A stretch of 64,000 nt of DNA from an uncultured Candidatus Saccharibacteria bacterium. GTDB taxonomy: Bacteria; Patescibacteriota; Minisyncoccia; Phycocordibacterales; SBAW01. Made by a program: the position numbers and the translations under genes. Where the stretch lies: contig CAZMIU010000002.1 in the NCBI GenBank assembly GCA_964566795.1, forward strand, positions 7,965 through 71,964. The letters run 5' to 3'. The notes below the pieces were generated by a model. The model worked only from the letters and a program-made list of their open reading frames with translations, was not told where the DNA came from and ran no database searches. This document shows, piece after piece, positions 57,415 through 64,000 of this stretch; positions within the stretch are counted from its first letter, which is position 1; the number at the start of each line of letters is the position of its first letter.

Positions 57415-59649
57415 ATGAATTACACGACGTACCTGCGCTGGGGGGTTATCAGCGGCCTGTTCTTTACTCTTTTTATACCGTTTATCGTCGCCGACGGCGC
57501 GATGATGCAAAACCTCTTCTTTCCGTACATTACGGGCAAGAACTTTATCTTCCGCATTGTCGTAGAGCTTATCGCAGCGCTCTACCTCGTGCTTGCCATA
57601 CGCGACCCCAAGTACCGCCCGCGCGCGAGCTGGATCATGTGGGCTGCGCTCGCGTTTGTCGCATGGATGGCTATAGCCACTGTCTTTAGCGCCGACCCGC
57701 TTAAGAGCTTCTGGAGCAACTTTGAGCGTATGGAGGGCTATGTCGGGCTCTTGCACGTGTTTGCCTTCTTTGTCATTGCGGGCGCCGTGCTTACGGCAGA
57801 GAACTTGTGGGAGCGCTTCTTTAACACCTCTATAGGCACCTCGATGGTAATGGGCTTCTATGCGCTGCTGCAGGGCCTGCAGCTGTTTGGCCTCCATCCG
57901 TCGTCGCAGTCGGGTGCGCGCGCAGACACCAGCTTTGGCAACGCGACCTACCTGGCGGTATACATGCTGATAAACATATTCCTGACGCTCTACATGCTTG
58001 TGCGCGGCAGGCAGGGTACGGGTATGCAGGTTACTTACGGTATTGCGCTCGTGCTCCAGTTTGCCGGCCTCTACCTTACCGAGACCCGCGGTGCGCTGCT
58101 TGGTCTTATTGGCGGTCTTATCGTGGCGATGATCTGGGTTGCGCTTATGGCCAGGCAGGCACAGTGGCGTCCGTGGCGCCGGTTGGCGATAGGCGGCATT
58201 GTGGGCGTCGTTGTGCTTGTGGGCGCCTTCTTGGCACTGCGCCAGGCGGATCTCCTGCCCAAGAGCGGTACGCTTGCCCGCCTCGCCTCTATATCGCTTG
58301 ACGACGCTACCACTAAAGCGCGCCTCTTTTCTATATGGCCTATGGCGTTTAAGGGTGCTGCCGAGCGCCCGCTTGTGGGCTGGGGCCAGGAAAACTTCTC
58401 GTATGTGTTTAACGCGCACTACACGCCCAGTATGTGGAATCAGGAGCAGTGGTTTGACCGCGCGCACAACCAGTTCCTCGACTGGCTTATTGCGGGCGGG
58501 TTCCCGGCGTTTGTGCTCTACACATCGCTGTACGCGCTCATCGTGATTGTCATTATCCGCTCCCGCGAGCTGTCGGTGCCGCAGCAGGCAGTACTGCTTG
58601 GCCTTGTTGCGGGCTTTGCGTTTAACAACCTGTTCGTGTTCGACAACCTGATGAGCTCGGTTTACTTCTTTGCGATCCTGGCGTTTGTGCACGGGCTCTC
58701 GCAGAGGGAGATGCCGCACGGATGGTATGCACGCCCGCTGAGCACGCACGGCGTGGCTATTGCCGCGCCTGTCGTGGTTATTGCTATTGCGGTTGGCGGG
58801 TGGGCGCTCAACGCGCCCGGCCTGGCACGGGCCAACACGCTTGTGCGCACGCTTGCATCGGCCCAGGACCAGAATGCCTCCTACACGGGCTACACGTGGT
58901 CGCTCGGCTCTGGCACGTGGCCAGGCACCTTCTTGGGGACACAGGAGACCGTGGAGCAGCTTGCAAACTATGCGGGCGGCACGGTTGCACAGTCTGGCGC
59001 CTCAAACGAGATTAAGCAGAAGTTCTTTGAGCTGTCGACGGGCTCGCTTAAGGATCTTATGGCTGTGCGCCGCGATGACGCGCGGCTAGAGCTTTTTGCC
59101 AGCGGGCTGTATGCGCAGTTTGGCCAGGTTACAGAGGCTATCGCGCATGCGCAGCGCGCCTTGGCACTGAGCCCCGGCAAACAGCAGATACTCTTCCAGT
59201 TGGGCCTGACCTACGTTAATGCCAATGACACTGAGAAGGCGCTTAAGGCCTTCAAGCAGGCGTACGATGAGGCTCCCGAGAACACGCAGGCGCTGGTGTA
59301 CTACGCCATGGGCCACTACTACGCCGGCGACAAAGCCGCGGGAGATAAGCTTATTACTGAGCGCTTTGGCTCGACGATTGTAGACAACGACCAGGTGCTT
59401 GGCGTGTATACCAACCTTAAGTACTACGACCGCGCTGTTGCCATATGGAAGCTGCGGGTCGAGAAAAACCCCAAGGACTTTAACACCAATCTCTCGCTTG
59501 CGAGCGCCTACTATGCCTCGGGCGACAGGGCGGCAACCATAGCGCAGCTCAAGAGCATGCAGCAGCTTGACCCGGCCAAGGCAGGGCAGCTCCAGGGGCT
59601 TATAGACCAGATATCGGCCATGCCCGCAAACGTCAAACTGGGGAATTAG
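57415..59649 (+). CDS. Wzy_C / O-antigen-ligase-family polytopic membrane protein with C-terminal TPR repeats (WaaL/PglL-like oligosaccharyltransferase or polymerase candidate)
   Basis: About 12 TM helices with the LTETRGALLGLIGG O-antigen-ligase loop motif. The C-terminal roughly 250 aa contain TPR-like repeats (AIAHAQRALALSPGKQQILFQLGLTY...). Confidence 0.65.
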   Translation: MNYTTYLRWGVISGLFFTLFIPFIVADGAMMQNLFFPYITGKNFIFRIVVELIAALYLVLAIRDPKYRPRASWIMWAALAFVAWMAIATVFSADPLKSFWSNFERMEGYVGLLHVFAFFVIAGAVLTAENLWERFFNTSIGTSMVMGFYALLQGLQLFGLHPSSQSGARADTSFGNATYLAVYMLINIFLTLYMLVRGRQGTGMQVTYGIALVLQFAGLYLTETRGALLGLIGGLIVAMIWVALMARQAQWRPWRRLAIGGIVGVVVLVGAFLALRQADLLPKSGTLARLASISLDDATTKARLFSIWPMAFKGAAERPLVGWGQENFSYVFNAHYTPSMWNQEQWFDRAHNQFLDWLIAGGFPAFVLYTSLYALIVIVIIRSRELSVPQQAVLLGLVAGFAFNNLFVFDNLMSSVYFFAILAFVHGLSQREMPHGWYARPLSTHGVAIAAPVVVIAIAVGGWALNAPGLARANTLVRTLASAQDQNASYTGYTWSLGSGTWPGTFLGTQETVEQLANYAGGTVAQSGASNEIKQKFFELSTGSLKDLMAVRRDDARLELFASGLYAQFGQVTEAIAHAQRALALSPGKQQILFQLGLTYVNANDTEKALKAFKQAYDEAPENTQALVYYAMGHYYAGDKAAGDKLITERFGSTIVDNDQVLGVYTNLKYYDRAVAIWKLRVEKNPKDFNTNLSLASAYYASGDRAATIAQLKSMQQLDPAKAGQLQGLIDQISAMPANVKLGN

Positions 59650-59710
59650 GTGTATACTATGGGTGTGAGTGCACTCAAGGTGAGATGTACCAAAACACAG
59701 TCCATGAAAA

Positions 59711-59740
59711 AGGCCCTCCTCGGGGGCCCTTTTCATTTGT
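59711..59740 (+). terminator. intrinsic terminator (aggccc-tcctcgg-gggccc followed by ttttcatttg)
   Basis: GC stem plus T-run about 60 nt downstream of the 59649 stop. Confidence 0.5.
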
Positions 59741-59880
59741 GGTCTATACTACGGTTATGTGCGTTTGGTGGGGAGCGGGGCACTCACATTAGGACAATGT
59801 TTTGGAGCTCGCCTTCCGCTTCCCACCGAGCGCACAATAAAAAAATCGCTTGAATCATCAAGCGATTTTTGTTTTTATTT
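59741..59880 (+). ncRNA. candidate structured small RNA: 12-14 bp stem (ggtggggagcgg...ccgcttcccacc, one G-U) enclosing a 37-nt loop, ending in its own strong terminator
   Basis: Seen directly in sequence and bracketed by two intrinsic terminators. No match to a known RNA family was recognised (not SRP, tmRNA, RNase P or 6S by eye). Confidence 0.2.
59845..59880. terminator. strong bidirectional intrinsic terminator (aaaatcgcttga-atca-tcaagcgatttt followed by tgtttttattttt)
   Basis: 9-bp perfect stem, 4-nt loop, A-tract upstream and long T-tract downstream. Confidence 0.7.
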
Positions 59881-59975
59881 TTAATAAAAATATTTAGTAA
59901 TAAGAAAAAGATATCCACAGTTTGAAAATAATTTTCATTGTATATGCAGTGTATATGTTCGATACTTACTGCAGA
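59881..59975 (+). promoter_or_regulatory. AT-rich (about 25% GC) putative promoter/UP region for the secA operon, with a 7-bp inverted repeat GATACTT-N17-AAGTATC just downstream
   Basis: Sharp compositional drop in a 60% GC genome. TTGAAA...TATATG-like hexamers. Palindrome at about 59952-59982. Confidence 0.3.
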
Positions 59976-60066
59976 GCATCGAACAAGTATCACTTGCGTC
60001 TCCTAGGACACCCAAGCCGATGCGGTCGAACGATGCGCAACCAATCACGACGAAAGTCGCAAACTT

Positions 60067-60123
60067 ATGGCTAAGAAAAAGAAAGCTGCTAAGAAGAAGA
60101 AGGCAAAGAAGTCTCGCCGCTAA
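60067..60123 (+). CDS. 18-codon micro-ORF encoding MAKKKKAAKKKKAKKSRR (very basic peptide)
   Basis: ATG...TAA read directly from sequence. Lies 140 nt upstream of secA and is followed by a 7-bp hairpin (cccgcac...gtgcggg). Below the ORF-track length cut-off. Confidence 0.3.
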   Translation: MAKKKKAAKKKKAKKSRR

Positions 60124-60261
60124 GGCCTGACTCCCGCACCATGTTTTTTAGTGCGGGCCATCCTCTCGGAAGAAAAGTCGCTCAGAAATGGGCGATTTTT
60201 CTGTTGCACAAAGAGCCCCAAAAAAGGCGACAAAACGGGTACAATTTGGTAAGCTACCTGC

Positions 60262-62799
60262 ATGATTTCCCTTAAGGGGCTCTTTGGAGAGCCAGGGCAA
60301 AAGCTGGTCAAAAACAGCCATAAAACGGTGGAGGCTATTAACGCGCTCGAGCCAAAATATAAGGCGTTTACAGACGATGAGCTGCGCCAGATGACCCACA
60401 CCTTGCGCAACCAGATAGCGGCAGGAGACACGCTTGAGCAGATTTTGCCGGATGCATTTGCCGCTGTGCGCGAGTCTGCGGGCCGCACGCTGGGGATGCG
60501 CCACTTTGATGTGCAGCTTATAGGCGGCATCGTGCTTAACTCGCGCGGTATAGCCGAGATGAAGACCGGCGAGGGCAAGACCCTTGTGGCCACCACCGCC
60601 GTATACCTTAATGCGCTTATGGCCAAGGGTGTGCACGTGGTAACGGTAAACGACTACCTGGCACGCCGCGACGCAGTGTGGATGGGGCAGGTATATGCTG
60701 CGCTTGGCATGTCGGTGGGCGTTATTGCAGGCGACGGCAGCTGGCGCTATGACACTGCGTTTGCCAAGGCTCCGGAGGGCCAGGACGCCGACAAAGAGGT
60801 TGACCAGACGGGCAGTTTTCATATTGTGCACGAGTTTTTGCGCCCAACCTCGCGCCGCGAGGCCTATGAAGCAGACATTACCTACGGCACCAACAGCGAG
60901 TTTGGCTTTGACTACCTGCGCGACAACATCTCCTACGAGCCCAAAGAATTGAGGCAGCGCGGCCACTACTTTGCGGTGGTAGACGAGATAGACTCTATCC
61001 TTATAGACGAGGCGCGCACCCCGCTCATTATCTCGGCACCCGCCCAAGACTCCGAGGATATTTACCGCCACATGGCCAAGGTGGCCCAGGGTCTGCAACA
61101 GGAGCGCGACTACACCGTAGACGAGAAGCGCCGCGCGATACACCTGACCGATGAGGGCATTACCCGCGCCGAGAAGGCCCTGGGAGTAGAGAACATATAT
61201 ACAGAGGGCGGCATTAAGTATGTGCATCACCTCGAGACCGCCGTGCGCGCGCAGGCACTCTTTAGAAAGGACAAGGAGTATGTGGTCAAAGACGGTGCTA
61301 TTGTCATTGTCGACGAGTTTACCGGCCGCATGCAACCCGGGCGCCGCTGGTCTGAGGGCCTGCACCAGGCTATAGAGGCCAAGGAGGGTGTTGCGGTACA
61401 GCGCGAGTCGCGCACGTACGCCTCCATTACGTACCAGAACTACTTTAAGCTGTACGAGAAGCTTGCCGGCATGACCGGTACTGCCAAGACCTCCTCGGAG
61501 GAGTTCTTTACTGTCTACCAGCTTGATGTGGTTGAGATCCCCACCAACAAGGCAGTAGTAAGAAAAGACCAAAACGACCTCATATTCCAGACTGAGCAAG
61601 GCAAGTTTAAGGCTATTGCACGCGCGATTAAGGAGCTGCACAGCAAGGGCCAGCCGGTCCTGGTGGGTACTGTTTCGATTGAAAAGAACGAGCTTCTCTC
61701 GGCGTTCCTTAAACAAGAGGGCGTGCCACACGAGATACTTAACGCCAAGAACCACGAGCGCGAGGGCGAGATTATAGCGGGTGCTGGACAGAAGGCTGCG
61801 GTAACTATCGCAACCAACATGGCAGGACGCGGCGTCGATATCAAGCTCGGCGGTGCGCAGGCGACTCCCGAGGAGGCTGAGGCCGTGCGCGCGCTTGGCG
61901 GGCTGTATGTCTTGGGTACCGAGCGCCACGAGGCGCGCCGCATCGACAACCAGCTGCGAGGCCGCTCCGGTCGCCAGGGGGATCCGGGTGAGACGCGCTT
62001 CTTTGTTTCGCTAGAGGACAGTCTTATGCGCGTGTTTGCCTCAGACACCATCAAGGGTCTTATGGGTCGCTTTGGTATCCCGGAGGATGAGGCTATTGAG
62101 AACAAGATGGTAACCCGCTCGCTTGAGAGCGCCCAGACAAAGATAGAGGGGTTTAACTTTGATGCGCGCAAGCACGTCTTGGAGTACGACAACGTTTTGG
62201 ACAAGCAGCGCCGCGCCGTGTATGAGCGCCGTCGCACCGCGCTTATGGGCCGCGGCGAGGCAATTGCCACACTCCTCTCTGAGCTTGCCGCGGACTCTGA
62301 GGAGGCACGCGCACTTTTGGAGAAGAAGGAGCGGGAGCTTGGGCTCGACGCGTTTTTAGCAGCAGCGCGCCAGATTATGCTACAGGTGCTCGACACGCTG
62401 TGGGTCGACCATCTGGAGTCCATGGAGTATCTGCGCGGCTCGGTAAACCTGCGCGCCTATGGTCAGCGCGACCCGCTTGTGGAGTACCGCAAGGAGGGTA
62501 CCCGTATGTATAAGGAGATGGAGACCGAGTTTAAGGGCCGCGTGTTTGATATGATCGACAAGCTTATGCCGGCACCCGCGGGGGCAGCACAGGGCTTGGC
62601 TGCTGCACCCGCGGGTGCCGCCCAGGTTATACCCGCCAGTGCCTCTGCCGGCCCCGCAGGGCAGGCACATGCGGGCACCGAGAACGAGATTGGCCGCAAC
62701 GACCGGGTGACCATAACCGACGGCACGCAGACCCAAGAGATGAAGTACAAAAAAGCCGAGCCTCTTATAAAGAGCGGCCAGTGGAGGATAGTCAACTAA
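60262..62799 (+). CDS. secA: preprotein translocase ATPase SecA (without C-terminal zinc-finger tail)
   Basis: 845 aa. DEAD-like motor motifs (MKTGEGKT Walker A, VDEIDSILIDEARTPLIIS, GTNSEFGFDYLRDN, TNMAGRGVDI). Ends ...KSGQWRIVN with no CxxC. Confidence 0.9.
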   Translation: MISLKGLFGEPGQKLVKNSHKTVEAINALEPKYKAFTDDELRQMTHTLRNQIAAGDTLEQILPDAFAAVRESAGRTLGMRHFDVQLIGGIVLNSRGIAEMKTGEGKTLVATTAVYLNALMAKGVHVVTVNDYLARRDAVWMGQVYAALGMSVGVIAGDGSWRYDTAFAKAPEGQDADKEVDQTGSFHIVHEFLRPTSRREAYEADITYGTNSEFGFDYLRDNISYEPKELRQRGHYFAVVDEIDSILIDEARTPLIISAPAQDSEDIYRHMAKVAQGLQQERDYTVDEKRRAIHLTDEGITRAEKALGVENIYTEGGIKYVHHLETAVRAQALFRKDKEYVVKDGAIVIVDEFTGRMQPGRRWSEGLHQAIEAKEGVAVQRESRTYASITYQNYFKLYEKLAGMTGTAKTSSEEFFTVYQLDVVEIPTNKAVVRKDQNDLIFQTEQGKFKAIARAIKELHSKGQPVLVGTVSIEKNELLSAFLKQEGVPHEILNAKNHEREGEIIAGAGQKAAVTIATNMAGRGVDIKLGGAQATPEEAEAVRALGGLYVLGTERHEARRIDNQLRGRSGRQGDPGETRFFVSLEDSLMRVFASDTIKGLMGRFGIPEDEAIENKMVTRSLESAQTKIEGFNFDARKHVLEYDNVLDKQRRAVYERRRTALMGRGEAIATLLSELAADSEEARALLEKKERELGLDAFLAAARQIMLQVLDTLWVDHLESMEYLRGSVNLRAYGQRDPLVEYRKEGTRMYKEMETEFKGRVFDMIDKLMPAPAGAAQGLAAAPAGAAQVIPASASAGPAGQAHAGTENEIGRNDRVTITDGTQTQEMKYKKAEPLIKSGQWRIVN

Positions 62800-63236
62800 T
62801 GCGTACTAACCAGGCGGCCGGCGGCGTTGTGGTGGGCGCCGATAAAAAGATTATTGTCGTCGAGCAGCACGGCAACTCGTGGGGTCTGCCCAAGGGCGGG
62901 GTAGAGGAAGGTGAGATGCTTATAGATGCGGCGCGGCGCGAGATTGGCGAGGAGACAGGCGTTATGACTCTTGAGTATGTGGGCGAACTTGGCTCCTATG
63001 AGCGCAAGTCTATAGGGTTAGATGGTAGGGGTGAGACAGACATGTTTGGCTCGCGGCTGCGCACCTTCTTTTTGTTTACTACGCAAGAAAGCGCTCTTGC
63101 CCCCAAAGACCCCGACCACGAGATAACACAGGTGCGTTTTGTGACCATAGACGAGGCGCTAGCCCTCCTGACCCACCCTAAAGACCGCGAGTTCCTCCTG
63201 AGCGTGCGCCCTAGAATTGAGGCCGCGTTACAATAG
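62799..63236 (+). CDS. NUDIX hydrolase
   Basis: Nudix box GLPKGGVEEGEMLIDAARREIGEETGV (Gx5Ex7REUxEExGU). The ATG overlaps the secA stop (TAATG). Confidence 0.75.
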   Translation: MRTNQAAGGVVVGADKKIIVVEQHGNSWGLPKGGVEEGEMLIDAARREIGEETGVMTLEYVGELGSYERKSIGLDGRGETDMFGSRLRTFFLFTTQESALAPKDPDHEITQVRFVTIDEALALLTHPKDREFLLSVRPRIEAALQ

Positions 63237-63240
63237 GGTT

Positions 63241-63978
63241 ATGGACCTGCCGCTTTTTGTCGGAGCTTTTGTTGCCGGAGTACTTATGTTTTTGGCACCC
63301 TGCACGCTGCCAATTGTGCCCGGCTACCTGGCCTTTATTGCGGGTGTGCCCGCAGGGCAGGCGGGGAGCAACAGGCGCCGCATCTTTATAAACGCGCTCG
63401 CGTTTGTCATAGGCTTTTCTGTCGTGTTTATTTTGCTCGGCACGTTTGCCGCCGCTCTGGGCAGCCTGCTTGGGCCGTGGCGCGAGACTATTGGGCGCGC
63501 AGCGGGCTTGCTCATTATCCTGTTCGGGCTCACCATGTTCGGGGTGTTTAACATCCCGCTCTTGTCGCGCGAGGGCCATATACGCCTGCCCCGCTGGCTC
63601 TCCTTGGGCTATCCGCACAGCTCGTTTTTAATTGGCGCGTTGTTTGCGCTCGGCTGGAGCCCCTGCATTGGACCCATACTGGGCACCATACTCTTTCTGG
63701 CTAGTGCCTCTGCCACCGCAGTTGTGGGCGCCACGCTCTTGGCCATATTCTCGCTGGGCTTGGCCCTGCCGTTTTTGGTATGTGCGTGGCTTATAGGCCA
63801 GGCCGATGGCCTTGTTGCGCGGCTGGGGAGCGCAACACGCATATTTTCGGTCATAGGGGGTCTGGTGCTTATCGCGCTTGGCGTGCTTATGCTCACCAAC
63901 ACCATGGGCCTTTTGGTAACCTGGGGCTTTGGGGCGCTCGAGGGCGCCGGCTATGAGAAGCTGTTGAGGTATTTGTAA
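63241..63978 (+). CDS. ccdA: cytochrome c-type biogenesis / thiol-disulfide transporter CcdA (DsbD transmembrane-domain family)
   Basis: Two conserved Cys in TM helices (APCTLPIVPGY and WSPCIGPILG). Six TM helices. Confidence 0.75.
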   Translation: MDLPLFVGAFVAGVLMFLAPCTLPIVPGYLAFIAGVPAGQAGSNRRRIFINALAFVIGFSVVFILLGTFAAALGSLLGPWRETIGRAAGLLIILFGLTMFGVFNIPLLSREGHIRLPRWLSLGYPHSSFLIGALFALGWSPCIGPILGTILFLASASATAVVGATLLAIFSLGLALPFLVCAWLIGQADGLVARLGSATRIFSVIGGLVLIALGVLMLTNTMGLLVTWGFGALEGAGYEKLLRYL

Positions 63979-64000
63979 AATAAGCCGCGTTGTGGGATAA

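Noticed and set aside
62560-62660. Short tandem duplication in secA 3' region (gcacccgcggg(g/t)gc(a/c)gc(a/c)cagg twice, encoding APAGAAQ twice)
   Set aside because: This is a trivial in-frame microduplication in a linker region, not a mobile or regulatory element.

Overview
The window is about 60% GC and almost every gene is on the + strand. It reads as one very large cell-envelope glycan biosynthesis and glycosylation locus. On the left it is bounded by peptidoglycan-precursor genes: a MurC fragment running off the edge, murI, murA, murB, a YfiH/PgeF-like gene and rsmI. On the right it is bounded by secA, a NUDIX hydrolase and ccdA.

Between these boundaries lie the following, in order.
- A cluster of membrane and exported hypothetical proteins, and an orphan T4SS-coupling-protein-like ATPase with a long disordered tail.
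- A RAYT/IS200-like tyrosine transposase flanked by two identical 44-bp palindrome-containing direct repeats. A diverged third copy of the repeat lies about 48 kb away.
- A lamin-tail/PKD surface protein.
- A tightly packed run of about 13 translationally coupled genes (SDR epimerases, five GT4, one GT2, a methyltransferase, a CE4 deacetylase). This run includes a module resembling decaprenyl-phospho-pentose donor synthesis: a HAD phosphatase fused to a UbiA-family phosphoribosyltransferase, a small SMR/GtrA-like membrane protein, an SDR, and a large GT-C-like membrane protein.
- Acetyl-CoA synthetase on the minus strand, then an unusual Zn-alcohol dehydrogenase fused to a TPP-dependent E1-alpha, followed by E1-beta.
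- A Fom1/Fom2/FomC-like phosphonate module: a cytidylyltransferase fused to PEP mutase, phosphonopyruvate decarboxylase, and an Fe-alcohol dehydrogenase. It is directly followed by a CDP-alcohol phosphotransferase and a TagF-like glycerophosphotransferase fused to a GNAT domain. I read this as biosynthesis of a CMP-activated 2-hydroxyethylphosphonate and its transfer onto a glycan, polymer or lipid.
- An acetamidino-sugar module with two PseA/WbuX-like amidotransferases and HisH/HisF paralogs.
- A lower-GC island (47-54% GC) carrying a secreted tail-fibre-like protein and a nonulosonic-acid (pseudaminic/legionaminic-type) pathway.
- An ABC exporter and a Wzy_C/O-antigen-ligase protein with TPR repeats.

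Several intrinsic terminators, a candidate structured small RNA and a very Lys-rich 18-codon micro-ORF lie upstream of secA. I see no rRNA, tRNA or CRISPR array. The organism looks CPR/Patescibacteria-like, but that is inference only. The SecA lacks the C-terminal zinc finger, and lamin-tail-domain surface proteins and a T4SS-like ATPase are present. Coordinates I refined by hand may be off by 1-3 nt.
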